Virus record (IMG/VR): IMGVR_UViG_3300009179_000001
Location: 1 to 43,643 of that record
DNA: 43,643 bases
Source: a virus
Taxonomy: Duplodnaviria > Caudoviricetes
Reading direction: 5' to 3' (one strand)
Below, one piece after another: positions 26,192 to 37,245 of the stretch. Under the pieces are notes generated by a model. The model was not told where the DNA came from, did no database searches, and worked only from the letters and a program-made list of their open reading frames with translations. Each line of letters opens with the position of its first letter. Positions within the stretch are counted from its first letter, which is position 1. The translations under genes and the position numbers were made by a program.

Positions 26192-27936
26192 TGGCTGTAA
26201 CAGATGTTCTGTTAAGAATAGGTACAGCGGTTGGTCCTGGTGGATTCGCATCGTTGAAGTCTGCCATTGATCTCACAATGCAACTTGCAGGTGCAATACT
26301 ACAGCAGGCTCAAGAGACAGATGCGCTCATAGAGAGCATGAAGTCTGTGAATATGGAGATCATAAACTACGCTGATGCTCAATCTAAATTGCAGATAGGA
26401 ACAAAGGCTCTAGTAAAGAGTATGAACGAGTTTTCTACTGCAGGAGCTAAAGTTACAAAAGACGATTTTGCTATAATGGCCAAGGCGGCTGAAGATCTAT
26501 CCGACAAACTAATGATCGACGGTCCTCAAGCTATGGACACTCTAACCACGGCTTTGATTCGTGGTAGCGATAGAGGTCTAAAGCCCCTTGGTATTGTTGT
26601 TGATGATACCAACAAAAAGATGTCTGCTAGCGAGCAGATACTTTCTCAACTAAGAGAAAGATGGGGTGACGCTGAAGTAGAGATAGATACGCTTTCAGGC
26701 TCTGTCGAAGCAGCAAAAAATGCTTTCGGGGATATGTTTACGTCAGTAGCAGAAGGCGTTACAAGGATGGTTTTCGGAAAGGGAATCTTCGGTCCTATTA
26801 TCGAGGCAATGGACGATATGGCTTCTAAGCTATCCGGTTTGACTGAAAGCACCAAGGCTTGGCTTTGGTCTCTCGAGAGGATATCCCTTCTGGCTCGTGC
26901 TGCTTTTTCAGACGTTGCCGCACAAGAACTTGCGCTAAGAGACCAGATCGCAATGTACCAAGGGATCGTAGATAAGAAAAAGGCAGATGCAGGAATGCCT
27001 TCAACTTCAACAATTCCAAGCGCAAACGAAATTCCTAAAAAAGGTGGATCCGGAGGGTCTCGAAAAGAGGAGACTGCCCAACAAAGAGCTGACAGGATTT
27101 GGAATCAATACAAAGGCTATGCTGCTGAGGCTATGGGTGGAGATAGAGTTGACGTTCAGCCTGATTTAATGGGTGGTCCATCGTCTATGACCATATCCGA
27201 ATTGGAGGCATTCGGAGCCCAAGGCGGAGAGCGATACGGTACCGAAACATATGACGCTCGTACCGAGGCACATAACGCGTACATCGACGCATACATCGAA
27301 AACGAGACGCGTAAAATAGAGCTGGAAGAGGAAAATCATAAAAAAAGACTCGAGTGGGAAGAGGAGCTAAGAGACTCAATGGAGCTTCGGCTAGAAGAGT
27401 TTGTTGCTGAGTATGAGGCCGAAGAGAGATACGCGTCTTCATGGGAGGCAAGATCAAAAAGGCTTAACCAAAACGCAGACACTTTAACTGACACATGGAT
27501 GAGCCTGAGGAGCTCTATAGGGCTTGTCGCTCAAGCGTACGAAGAGGGCACCAGGAATATGTCCAAGGCCCAAGCAACGCTATATTACATTGACTGTGTT
27601 ATAGGTGCTGTTGTTGAGGCAGCAAAGGCCGCTGCTTCATATCCAGATATCCTCGGTATGGTTACTCACGGAATCGCATCAGCAGCGTTTATAGCTGCTG
27701 CGGCAGTCGCTGCATCGTACGGTGGTTCGAGTGGAGCTGGTGGTGCGACTGCGGTATCCGCAATAGGTCCTTCTGCAACGGCAGGACAGTACTCAGGAGG
27801 TTACAACAGGGCCGAAAATCCATCGGTTAATGTTAACATCACAATGGATGATTCATCCAAAGCATTTGGTCTAATAGCAAAAGAAAATGATAGGGCTCAA
27901 CGATCTGGTGAGCCCCATTTCTCGAAGGCTGCATAA
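26191..27936 (+). CDS. Tape measure protein (short, 581 aa)
   Basis: Ala-rich helical; 'GSDRGLKPLGIVV' motif; hydrophobic C-terminal segment; position after the chaperones. Confidence 0.8.
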   Translation: MAVTDVLLRIGTAVGPGGFASLKSAIDLTMQLAGAILQQAQETDALIESMKSVNMEIINYADAQSKLQIGTKALVKSMNEFSTAGAKVTKDDFAIMAKAAEDLSDKLMIDGPQAMDTLTTALIRGSDRGLKPLGIVVDDTNKKMSASEQILSQLRERWGDAEVEIDTLSGSVEAAKNAFGDMFTSVAEGVTRMVFGKGIFGPIIEAMDDMASKLSGLTESTKAWLWSLERISLLARAAFSDVAAQELALRDQIAMYQGIVDKKKADAGMPSTSTIPSANEIPKKGGSGGSRKEETAQQRADRIWNQYKGYAAEAMGGDRVDVQPDLMGGPSSMTISELEAFGAQGGERYGTETYDARTEAHNAYIDAYIENETRKIELEEENHKKRLEWEEELRDSMELRLEEFVAEYEAEERYASSWEARSKRLNQNADTLTDTWMSLRSSIGLVAQAYEEGTRNMSKAQATLYYIDCVIGAVVEAAKAAASYPDILGMVTHGIASAAFIAAAAVAASYGGSSGAGGATAVSAIGPSATAGQYSGGYNRAENPSVNVNITMDDSSKAFGLIAKENDRAQRSGEPHFSKAA

Positions 27937-28784
27937 TGGTTACAACTATACGACCACTATTGATGCGACCGGTTGAGCATATTCAGCACACTTCCGGAGT
28001 TGATTTCAGGATCGGGACAAACGACTATGCTATTGAATCAGGTGTGTATGCGAATGTCATAATGCTGCTCAGGGCAATGTCGGGAGAGACATCTGAGTTT
28101 GATGACATAAAACTGTCAGATTCTTTAAGGTTGAGCATATCTCTTAGTTCTTCAGATACTCTTTCTTGGGTCAACACGAATCTAATGAATGAACTTGGAT
28201 TCGACACAGATGTTTCATTTACAGCGTTCCAATGGGAGACTGCTCCGTATACTCCAAAGTCTTTTTGGTTTCCAGAGTTTCACTTTGCAGATCAATCCGC
28301 CTGGGGAGGAGATGAGAACCGGCGCTTTATAGGGGCCACTGCCGTTAACGGTTCCATCGCAGGTGTAAGCAATGGAGCAGCTCACAAAGACAGAAAGCAT
28401 ATTTTCAACCATGAGCAGGCATACAGGCTTGGAAGGGAATTCTGTTCGACTCAAATAGAGATAGATAGGTGTTTGGATGAATTCGTTAACGGAGCTATAG
28501 AGTCAACGCCTACCTTTCCGGAACATCCGTGCACAAAGGGATTCTGGTACTATCAAGATGCAAACAACGCAATCGCAGACGCTGTCGATATTTCCGAGGC
28601 ATGGAACAACAGCGGAAGCGTTGATTTCTATTCAGGGAGCCACTACGTTTTTTGCAATTTCGACCCTTCTAGAAGACCATCGTGGAGAGATGCGGTTTCT
28701 ATGCCTATGGGCAGATTGAGGTACAACGTAACTATGAATTTGATTACAGCCCCTTCTCAGACATACGTATCAGTCGGTGAATGA
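27936..28784 (+). CDS. Probable distal tail protein
   Basis: First gene after the tape measure. Confidence 0.55.
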   Translation: MVTTIRPLLMRPVEHIQHTSGVDFRIGTNDYAIESGVYANVIMLLRAMSGETSEFDDIKLSDSLRLSISLSSSDTLSWVNTNLMNELGFDTDVSFTAFQWETAPYTPKSFWFPEFHFADQSAWGGDENRRFIGATAVNGSIAGVSNGAAHKDRKHIFNHEQAYRLGREFCSTQIEIDRCLDEFVNGAIESTPTFPEHPCTKGFWYYQDANNAIADAVDISEAWNNSGSVDFYSGSHYVFCNFDPSRRPSWRDAVSMPMGRLRYNVTMNLITAPSQTYVSVGE

Positions 28785-31700
28785 TGGCACACACATACAA
28801 ATCACTTATTTCGTCCGGAGGGTGCAGAATAGCATACGTTTGGATCGTTGCGGGATACCCGTGGGGCGTTTGTTCCGACAATGCCTTGGTAGGACTCTTG
28901 AGCAACCCAGAAACTGATTCTGACGCATCGTACGCTCGCATAAGGATATTCGGAGAGGCAAATACAGGAAGCCGATATTGTGCGTATGATGCGCTGATGT
29001 TCGACACGCTTCATCCTGAACTTGGAAACCAAACATACAAAACTGGTGCGATAGGTTTCGCTGACGTTTCTGGATGGTCGCTTAAAATACTTGACAAGCA
29101 ACTTGGAGCACAGTGGCCCCATATCGTCGACGGTGATTCGATATGGGGAATCGAGGGTCTGCACAGAATAGCAGATCTGGATGATGAGGTTCATGGGTGG
29201 GGATTTCTTAACGGGAGCGCAAGCAAAGAAGACGAACTGATTGCCATTCACGAGGAGAGCGGTTTGTCTGGCTCTGGGCCTCTATACGACAGAATAACGT
29301 CACTTGGAGACTACAGGTATATTTGGATAGGACACGAGTGCATTGCGGTCCACGGGGCCTCTGTAGGATCGTATCCAGATTATTCGGCAGACATCCTTGC
29401 AAGAGGAGTGTTCAGGTCAAATCCCCAATACCATTTCGTTGATGCGATTGAGCAAGTACACCAGATAGTTGCAGATGTTCCGCAAACAATAATAGGTCAC
29501 TACTGCTATCTTTGGGCCATTCCGCTCACACCTGATGGACAGTTTTATCACGATGATTTTGGAAACCCTATAATAGTACTTGAGAGCTCAAGATGCGGCA
29601 TAGTTTCAGAGTCGATAACAACTGACAAGGGAGTAACACAAGTAAAGATCAATCCTTGTTTTGACGCTCTAAAAAACAAAGTTAGTTACGAGGTTACAGA
29701 TAACATAGTTGGTCATTTAGGTAAGTATACCTTCTGTAGGGGCGACTCAGGAACATCATGGGAAGATATAGTAAGTAAACGACAAAAACCGCATCTATAC
29801 CTGTACGAATATGAGGCAATTTCCGGTGCGACAGCTACTTTGCCTCAATACGTATCAGGCAAATGGACAGTTAAACCTATATGGTTGTGCGGAAAAGGCG
29901 AAGTAGTTCAGTTCGACACTACTGCCGAAATTGCCGAGGCATTGAATGAGGAACTGTTCAACCTTCATCTGTATTACATATCAAATGGTGCGTCAGGTAC
30001 TAATCAGAATACTGGAGACGGAACATCAGGAAACGAATATGTCGGACTTGTCCACGAATATTTTGTAGTGAACTCATACGAGTTTTCGGGTATGGATCCA
30101 GTAAAGCAGTCCTACGTTGACACATCTAGCAACTCTAATCCAATGTGGTTTTTGAAACAGACCACTGGAGGGGGAAATGCTTTTTTAGTATGGAATGAAC
30201 AATATGATGCACCTCAATTCGGAAAGTGGTCAATGGCAGGGGGAATACTTCAGGCAATACTTGGACTTGGATTGCCGCATATTCCTGATTCTTACAGACT
30301 TCCTGTAAAGTATAGAAGCAAATGCAACTACAACATAGACTTTATAGATACTGAAGTTGAGCCGCTAGATGCAACGTTTTCTGACTTTCCGTTTATGGAT
30401 ACTGCTCCATTTGTTCCTGGAAAAACAGATGAGTCGTTCCAGTTTATGGAATCTATCTATCTTGCTTACATAGGTGGAATAGATCCAATTACATCGGTAC
30501 CGATAATTGTACAAGGAAGGAACGTATCCAACCACGGATATACAGTTGCAGCAGGTCTTTGCCAGAGACCTGAGGTGGTAAATTTCAACGCAGCGAAGGA
30601 CATGTTTTGTGCTGAATATTTTTTAGGATGGGACTGGATAAATCATCCTGTAACTGACATACTTTCTCAGTTGCCTACTGATGCAAAAGGGAGGATAGAT
30701 TCTAACGGTAAATTATATGCGTGCGAAGATCCTTCTTATCCAGACTGCACTTTTTGGGTTTCAAGAACAAATCCAGAGCAGTTTGTTTCCGGTACAAAAG
30801 TAAAGATAGGACAATATACGTCTTATGTTGATTCGTGGCATTATGTTGATGGGTATGGATATTTGGAAGTGTCTGATGATGCCAATGTTATCGGAACTTC
30901 AGATAGAGACGCGGTTGCGTATGGTTCATGCCTCATTTCGATACCTGCATACTCTCTTCCTTCAGACTCAGAAAAACAGGACATAAACGACCCTGAAAAA
31001 ATAGCTGAGGCTTACAACCAAGACACCGATGATCCTTTCAGAATAACTATTTTCAGAGAGTCTTTCTGCGAATCGGTTGTTGATGTTATCCAAGCATTTC
31101 TGGGGTTCGAAAGTTCCGAGCTATGGATTCCACAGCATGAGCGACGATATTTCATTCCTTTTTTCGGAGTGAACAGTTCCATAGAATCGTTTATCGATTG
31201 GGATTCATTGTATTCGTTGGTTGACAATTCTATAGCATCACTGATCCCAGTAGTTCCAAGGGAATCATTCGTCATAAAAACAGAGCTCGATACCGTACTT
31301 AAAATGTTCGGTGTAGGAATGTACGAGGATTACAGTTTTCAAAGTCATCAATTCGTTTGGAGATTCAGAAAATACGGTAATCCAGTCGCATCTATTGCGC
31401 TAAACAGAGGAAGAATTATAGGATCATCAGACCTAATAGAGGAAGAATCGGTAGAAGAAGATCACTTAGTTCAGCCGATATTCAACCGAATAGAGCTCAA
31501 AATATCCGATGAAAAAAAATTCCTAATTGGAGACGATGAGACAAGAGAGATCGTATTCGAAAATAGAGACGTAAATTCTGTAGTGGACAGGGAGATACTC
31601 TCTCTTAAGCTTGAACCTTCGTTGTTCGTTTTGAAGGGTGGTTCGTACGTAGATTCTGGATATGAAGATTCGTCTCCTAAAGGTGGAACAAGTTCGGTTA

Positions 31701-32446
31701 TCAATTCAATAACAAACGCAGTCGATAAGTCGAACACAGATCTCAAGGAACTGACAGATCATTTCGTTTCTCTGCTTTACAGGCTTGGGCAAAAAAAGGT
31801 CACTCAAAAAAGATCTCTTTTGATATCGTCACGGTTCAGGTCCCAATCTGGTTTGGAATCTCTAATCACAGACCCTATGGCTCACTATCCAAACACACAC
31901 AAGGCTGGGCTTGAATCTTCCAATGTGCTTATCACCGAACAGAAGGTAGATCTTACAAAAAATATCATCGAGATTTCGTATCTTGTTTCTGGTGATAATT
32001 CAATTCACGGATACGCTCCTTCGTGCAGAGTTCACGTCGACGAAATAGCCATAAATGCAGACGGATTTTCTTGCGTACCTGAGTCGACCTATTCATCTAT
32101 TCCGGTAAATGATATTTTCTATTTCGATTGTTTCGATATTTCCGACCCTACAAATCCAGTACCTAGGACTGATTCGTGCGGAGACTATTCTGTGTTGGTA
32201 TATTCTCAAGATAACGGTGTTTCGGCAGACAATCCGTTGCAAGGAACTTGCAAGGTTGAGAATATTTCGGGGACGTGGACGCTTAGGATTTACTGCGACG
32301 AATCGAAGTTGCCATCAACAGGATATATAGTCATTACATACGGAACATACGACAGTTGCGAAGCTGACCAAAAATTATGGCTGTTCTTCTCTGACTCAGA
32401 CGGAAGGGTCGGGACGGAAGGGCGCCGAGGAGACGTGTGGAGGTAA
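28781..32446 (+). CDS. Large tail tip / hub protein, 1221 aa
   Basis: Size and position in the tail module. Confidence 0.6.
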   Translation: MMAHTYKSLISSGGCRIAYVWIVAGYPWGVCSDNALVGLLSNPETDSDASYARIRIFGEANTGSRYCAYDALMFDTLHPELGNQTYKTGAIGFADVSGWSLKILDKQLGAQWPHIVDGDSIWGIEGLHRIADLDDEVHGWGFLNGSASKEDELIAIHEESGLSGSGPLYDRITSLGDYRYIWIGHECIAVHGASVGSYPDYSADILARGVFRSNPQYHFVDAIEQVHQIVADVPQTIIGHYCYLWAIPLTPDGQFYHDDFGNPIIVLESSRCGIVSESITTDKGVTQVKINPCFDALKNKVSYEVTDNIVGHLGKYTFCRGDSGTSWEDIVSKRQKPHLYLYEYEAISGATATLPQYVSGKWTVKPIWLCGKGEVVQFDTTAEIAEALNEELFNLHLYYISNGASGTNQNTGDGTSGNEYVGLVHEYFVVNSYEFSGMDPVKQSYVDTSSNSNPMWFLKQTTGGGNAFLVWNEQYDAPQFGKWSMAGGILQAILGLGLPHIPDSYRLPVKYRSKCNYNIDFIDTEVEPLDATFSDFPFMDTAPFVPGKTDESFQFMESIYLAYIGGIDPITSVPIIVQGRNVSNHGYTVAAGLCQRPEVVNFNAAKDMFCAEYFLGWDWINHPVTDILSQLPTDAKGRIDSNGKLYACEDPSYPDCTFWVSRTNPEQFVSGTKVKIGQYTSYVDSWHYVDGYGYLEVSDDANVIGTSDRDAVAYGSCLISIPAYSLPSDSEKQDINDPEKIAEAYNQDTDDPFRITIFRESFCESVVDVIQAFLGFESSELWIPQHERRYFIPFFGVNSSIESFIDWDSLYSLVDNSIASLIPVVPRESFVIKTELDTVLKMFGVGMYEDYSFQSHQFVWRFRKYGNPVASIALNRGRIIGSSDLIEEESVEEDHLVQPIFNRIELKISDEKKFLIGDDETREIVFENRDVNSVVDREILSLKLEPSLFVLKGGSYVDSGYEDSSPKGGTSSVINSITNAVDKSNTDLKELTDHFVSLLYRLGQKKVTQKRSLLISSRFRSQSGLESLITDPMAHYPNTHKAGLESSNVLITEQKVDLTKNIIEISYLVSGDNSIHGYAPSCRVHVDEIAINADGFSCVPESTYSSIPVNDIFYFDCFDISDPTNPVPRTDSCGDYSVLVYSQDNGVSADNPLQGTCKVENISGTWTLRIYCDESKLPSTGYIVITYGTYDSCEADQKLWLFFSDSDGRVGTEGRRGDVWR

Positions 32447-32447
32447 T

Positions 32448-32885
32448 ATGCCGACTCTTCAGATTTTCAATTCTTTCAGGTTGAAACTTGCCAAGGGAAT
32501 TATCAACCTTGATACCGCTGCAAATGGAGGAGATACTTTCAAGGTGTTTCTTTCAGCAACAACTCCAAATCTGTCAACACACGACGAAAAGGGAGACATA
32601 ACAGAGATCGCTAATGGGAATGGTTATACGACAGGAGGTCAATCTCTTACGATAACAAGCCTTTCAGAGTCTGCGGGTGTAGTCAGTTGGGTAATAACCT
32701 CAGATCTCACATGGACTGCGTCAGGTGGAACAATGGCATCGTTTAGGTATGCATACATCTATGATGATACAATTTCCGGAGATCCGCTTGTGGGAGTAAT
32801 TGATCATGGTTCGACAGTTTCTCTATCCTCGGGAACTCCTTACATCCTGAGAACCGGCGGCGTAACCCTATTGACTGTTGACTGA
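32448..32885 (+). CDS. Conserved phage tail-associated structural protein
   Basis: 'DTFKVFL...EIANGNGYTTGG...TWTASGG...RYAYIYDDT...DPLVG.ID.G' motif; RBS GGAGG. Confidence 0.75.
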   Translation: MPTLQIFNSFRLKLAKGIINLDTAANGGDTFKVFLSATTPNLSTHDEKGDITEIANGNGYTTGGQSLTITSLSESAGVVSWVITSDLTWTASGGTMASFRYAYIYDDTISGDPLVGVIDHGSTVSLSSGTPYILRTGGVTLLTVD

Positions 32886-32888
32886 CAA

Positions 32889-35732
32889 ATGGCAATCACC
32901 AAAATAGACGGAAACGGAGGATACGGAGAGACCTCATTCTCTCTGGATCTAGGAAGCGGATCTGGTCAGTATCAAGTTGTCTGCACGCTTCTTCAGTCAA
33001 ACTCTGCAATACCTTCCACTCCAACTGTTACAATAGGAGGGACAACTCTTTCGTCTTTCTCGTACACGTTCGACGCAGGGGAGCGAACAGGTGAGTCAAC
33101 TGGTTACAGATACGGACGCGGTACCATACATCACGGAAACGTTGGTTTCACTGGTGTAAAAACCGTTTCATGCTCTTATTCAGCTACATGGCAATCGATC
33201 TACGCGCTTTCGTATACCGGCGTTAATCATGTTCACACGTCTTCTGTTGGAACAGGATCAGGAACGACTTTATGCAGTAGGTCTTTCACTGCGAATGCGA
33301 CAGGAAGCAAGACAATATTGCAGGGATCTATGTGGATTCAGGATGAAGAACCTATTCAGCCTGAGTCCTACTCAAACACGTCTGTTTCTCAAAACTCCAT
33401 GGATTGCGGAGTTGGGCAGGAGAACAACACAACAACTTCAGTTGCAAGCGGATTCTCTTGGACATCGAGAGGGGCGTGTGATGGGTATAGGATCATCGGT
33501 GTGCTTCTCGATGTAGCATCGACACCTGTTGAGACGATAGTAACAGGAGAAACGATATCGGTAACGGGAGGATCGGTTGATTCAATAGTAGGAATTTCCG
33601 AAACAGTAGAAGTAGCATCAATATCGATAACCGGTGGAACTGTTGTATCCGAATACTCTGGCGGAAGATTTTATTGCGACCCTTACACGGATGTTGTTAG
33701 CGGTGACGGTTCATCTTGGGAAAGCCCTTTTGCAAATCTTGATGATCTGTTTTCTTCATTCAGCGCTGACAATGGAGACATCGGATATGTTAAGGCAGGA
33801 AGGTTCACTACTACTTCGGCAATACTCAAACCACCTTCAGGTGTAACTCTTTACGGAGGGTTTTCGAGATCACTGCGAGGGACATCCGCGCCGGTTGAGG
33901 ATCGCCAATGGTTGACCGATAAGACCATCATTGACATGTCGGGAGCATACGGAGTTGATACACCATGGGGATGCATATCCTACGTTACGCCAGGAATAAG
34001 CCAAAGCGACGGATTCGTTTTGGATGGTTTTCATTTCCATAATTGCACAAACGATTTGTCTTCGACTGCCGGATATGGCGGTGCGATAAATTGCGATTCT
34101 CAAGATGGTTGGAAGATACTCAATTGTTGGTTTGAAAATTGTGACACCAAAACTGGAGGATATGGGGGGGCTATTTTCGTCGCTGGAGAGGGAAATCTAG
34201 GAGTCAAGCACCAGATAGTCAATTGCAGGTTCGTAGGGTGCAACGCTCCAGGTACTGCCCTAGGAGTCGGTGGGGGTGGAGGTGTTGCTCTTGTAGGTAC
34301 AACTGCGATTGTATCGAAGTGCACTTTCGTAGGATGTTCAGGCGGAACCGGTGGAGGTCTCCTTGTCATTGACACTTCAGATCCTAATGAGGTTGAGGAC
34401 TCAGAATTCAGGCTTTGCGAAGCCGTATACAAAGGATCGTCAATCGCGGTTATAGACAACGCCGATGCAGTTTCCTTCGACAGGATTAGAATTAAAACAT
34501 CTGCTGGAAGCGGAACGGCATTTTTCACAGCACAAAGTTCGTCATCGTTTCCTGTCTCCGTTAAAAACTCGCAAGTTGTAGACAACGATTATAACGGAAT
34601 CGAGACTTCGGGAGATGGATACGACAATCTTGCTGTGATAAATTGCACTATCGCTAACAACGGTGGAAACGGTTTGATATCTGCAGGCTCTCCAATGGCC
34701 GATATCGTTAGTATCTACAATTCCATCATCTATGGTAATACGGTAGGGCAGATTTCAGGTTCCGTTACGGTATGCCAGTATTCGGACATACAGGGAGGTT
34801 TCTCCGGTACAGGAAACATTGACCAAGATCCTCAATTCGCAGGTTCAAATCACTTCGAGCCGTACGCAATCGCTTATGAATCCGAATGCGTGGACGCGGG
34901 AAGTTCAGGTGTAACAGGATATGATGCGACTGACATCACTGGTTTCGTTCGAACTGGCACTCCTGACATGGGGTGTATTGAATCTTATCCTACTATTTGG
35001 GGCACGATAGACGCTACATTGTACAATTTTGATATGTCGTCTGAGAATCTATCGTCTGGTGGTTTTTTGCCTGCTGCAAATTTCCAGTTTCCTTATTTGC
35101 TACAGCAATCCCCTTCTCAACTATTAGACCCTGCAAAAAAAGGAGGGCCTTCCAATCCGTGCTATCCGATATGGGTTGGTTCCGAAATAGAGATTGAATC
35201 GTTTTCCGCGTTATTGGTAGAGGTATTCACTCAGACTTTTGGAAACCAGGTGCTTCAGCGCGGAACTATTGGACCCGGTGCTGAGAGCGGAAAGCCTTCA
35301 TGGAACAATGAATTTATAGATGATCAAAAATCATCTGGGCACAGTACTCATGGAAATTCGTTTATTGCCACGACTGGAAGATCATCTTCAGGAATAGGAT
35401 TCTCTGTATATGGAGAAAAGTCAAAACTGTTCTATGAATCTATCCGATATTCAGTAACCCATTTGGGAAATGCTTCGTCTTCGGATGATGTCAGGGTTTA
35501 CAACGTATGGTTAGAAGGACATCCTCAAGTTGATAGGACGAGAACTGATTATTGCGCGAAATGGATTTACATTGCGAACTCTGTAGCACAAGCAGACTAT
35601 CCTGTTTCGTCCGCTCTCATGCAGGAACTTGTTAAAAAATTGAACTATATAGTTTGGGAAAATAGGGGACCTATGTCTGTACCTGTTTTTGGTATATACT
35701 GGAAATCAAAACCGGAACTTCCGGTTATATGA
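32889..35732 (+). CDS. Tail fibre/spike with a right-handed beta-helix and choice-of-anchor-Q-like segment
   Basis: 'DGSSWESPF', repeated 'GGAI' and 'NC.F..C', 'YSDIQGG..GTGNIDQDPQF...CVDAG...PDMGCIE'. Confidence 0.75.
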   Translation: MAITKIDGNGGYGETSFSLDLGSGSGQYQVVCTLLQSNSAIPSTPTVTIGGTTLSSFSYTFDAGERTGESTGYRYGRGTIHHGNVGFTGVKTVSCSYSATWQSIYALSYTGVNHVHTSSVGTGSGTTLCSRSFTANATGSKTILQGSMWIQDEEPIQPESYSNTSVSQNSMDCGVGQENNTTTSVASGFSWTSRGACDGYRIIGVLLDVASTPVETIVTGETISVTGGSVDSIVGISETVEVASISITGGTVVSEYSGGRFYCDPYTDVVSGDGSSWESPFANLDDLFSSFSADNGDIGYVKAGRFTTTSAILKPPSGVTLYGGFSRSLRGTSAPVEDRQWLTDKTIIDMSGAYGVDTPWGCISYVTPGISQSDGFVLDGFHFHNCTNDLSSTAGYGGAINCDSQDGWKILNCWFENCDTKTGGYGGAIFVAGEGNLGVKHQIVNCRFVGCNAPGTALGVGGGGGVALVGTTAIVSKCTFVGCSGGTGGGLLVIDTSDPNEVEDSEFRLCEAVYKGSSIAVIDNADAVSFDRIRIKTSAGSGTAFFTAQSSSSFPVSVKNSQVVDNDYNGIETSGDGYDNLAVINCTIANNGGNGLISAGSPMADIVSIYNSIIYGNTVGQISGSVTVCQYSDIQGGFSGTGNIDQDPQFAGSNHFEPYAIAYESECVDAGSSGVTGYDATDITGFVRTGTPDMGCIESYPTIWGTIDATLYNFDMSSENLSSGGFLPAANFQFPYLLQQSPSQLLDPAKKGGPSNPCYPIWVGSEIEIESFSALLVEVFTQTFGNQVLQRGTIGPGAESGKPSWNNEFIDDQKSSGHSTHGNSFIATTGRSSSGIGFSVYGEKSKLFYESIRYSVTHLGNASSSDDVRVYNVWLEGHPQVDRTRTDYCAKWIYIANSVAQADYPVSSALMQELVKKLNYIVWENRGPMSVPVFGIYWKSKPELPVI

Positions 35733-35743
35733 AAGGTGAAAAA

Positions 35744-36058
35744 ATGAAAATGTTTTTGATGGTTGTTATGTTTTCGATTGGATGTTCAGCAGTAGACAAA
35801 CTTGATATTCCTATCGACGCTACTCCCGAGTTTGTTGTCAACGCAGCATGCTCTGAACTTCACGCTCAGAAATGCATCGGTGAAGTAATGGACCTTGTAG
35901 GAATCCACGGAGCAACATGCGCAGAAGATATCAAGGGAGCCATTGATGGCACTTTGACTTTAAATTTGCCTGCAGCAAAATCGCTACCCAAAACGTGTAG
36001 ACAGTATGTTTCTGATATTTCAAACTACATTTCAGAGATCCAAAAAGCAGCACAGTAA
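35744..36058 (+). CDS. Small predicted lipoprotein
   Basis: MKMFLMVVMFSIG-C lipobox-like signal; four further Cys. Confidence 0.6.
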   Translation: MKMFLMVVMFSIGCSAVDKLDIPIDATPEFVVNAACSELHAQKCIGEVMDLVGIHGATCAEDIKGAIDGTLTLNLPAAKSLPKTCRQYVSDISNYISEIQKAAQ

Positions 36059-37188
36059 TGGTCGAGAAACACAAGCCGGGTCCGTTTTATTTGTCAACGG
36101 CAGGTATTAGGACCGGAGACCAACCGTTGTCGTCGAATGCGTCTGCTATATTTTCTAGTGCCCGTTCCTCGCTCAACTGGACCAAGGCAAGGCAGATATT
36201 CAGCTACATCGGACAAGGTCCGTTCGAGCCTGGGCTGGTTCCTGACGATAGTCCGTATAGACACCTAAATCCAGATGTCGACTACGCCGGAGTTTCACCT
36301 CCTTATTTTGCCGTAATTACGAAGTCTGAAGATCTAGACAACTATCACGCTATTGGGGGAATTCTCGATGCGTGGAGGTATTCTGACGGAGCAACCGTGT
36401 CATGGATGTATGATGGGTCAGTAACATGGGAGCAGTTGTTCCGTACTTATCACGACTCTCACAAGGATCCTTCGCTCGTTACATTTATGAACGGATTTCC
36501 ATCAGTTCGCATCGAGCTCCTTGCAACTCCTGGAAAGGGTCCTCGTGATTACGGCGGTGGATATTCCTTCCACAAGCTTCGTTACGACAAAATGATGGTA
36601 GGAAACTTGTCGCTATGGACTGTACCTGATACCGCTTCGGAAATGGACGATGAAGATTGGACTTTGTTTTCGGAGTCAGAGTTCAAGACAGGAAGACAAG
36701 TCCGATCATTCGACTCCTCGAGGAGAGGAATAGGAAACCTGATCGATTCTGCAAACGACATAGAATACAGAACTTCGAGGTGCCTCCTTCAGTCGGGACA
36801 CCCGCTTGGAATATCGACCGGTTCTTCCGAATACGTAGATATAAGAACAGGAAGGGCAACACTGTCCGGAAACGCATCCAAGTTCCGAGTATCCCCTAGA
36901 GGCCTATATAGTGGGGATACGGTAGTGTGCACACCGGCCGTAGTCGCATGGGCTCCCGGAGCTAGTGAGGTGTCTCCCGCTCGAGTTAGATTCTACTCGG
37001 TGGTATCGGGAGATTTCGCCGAGATTGAGATAACATCCGGCACCGAGGCGCTCTATACGGCACCGGGTGGTCTCAATGTATCCAAATACGATGATCGTAT
37101 CATAATAGATTTTAAATCCCAGCCAGGACAAGCGGTTGCCGTTAGGACATACGCCCTATTCGAGGATTTACCGGGCATACCTTCCTAG
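36058..37188 (+). CDS. Hypothetical tail-region protein
   Basis: 376-aa ORF, last of the late cluster. Confidence 0.6.
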   Translation: MVEKHKPGPFYLSTAGIRTGDQPLSSNASAIFSSARSSLNWTKARQIFSYIGQGPFEPGLVPDDSPYRHLNPDVDYAGVSPPYFAVITKSEDLDNYHAIGGILDAWRYSDGATVSWMYDGSVTWEQLFRTYHDSHKDPSLVTFMNGFPSVRIELLATPGKGPRDYGGGYSFHKLRYDKMMVGNLSLWTVPDTASEMDDEDWTLFSESEFKTGRQVRSFDSSRRGIGNLIDSANDIEYRTSRCLLQSGHPLGISTGSSEYVDIRTGRATLSGNASKFRVSPRGLYSGDTVVCTPAVVAWAPGASEVSPARVRFYSVVSGDFAEIEITSGTEALYTAPGGLNVSKYDDRIIIDFKSQPGQAVAVRTYALFEDLPGIPS

Positions 37189-37245
37189 TTTTTGCTACAA
37201 AAACACTACAAGCAGAGCCTTTATTTACCTTTTTTCATAGGTCAT

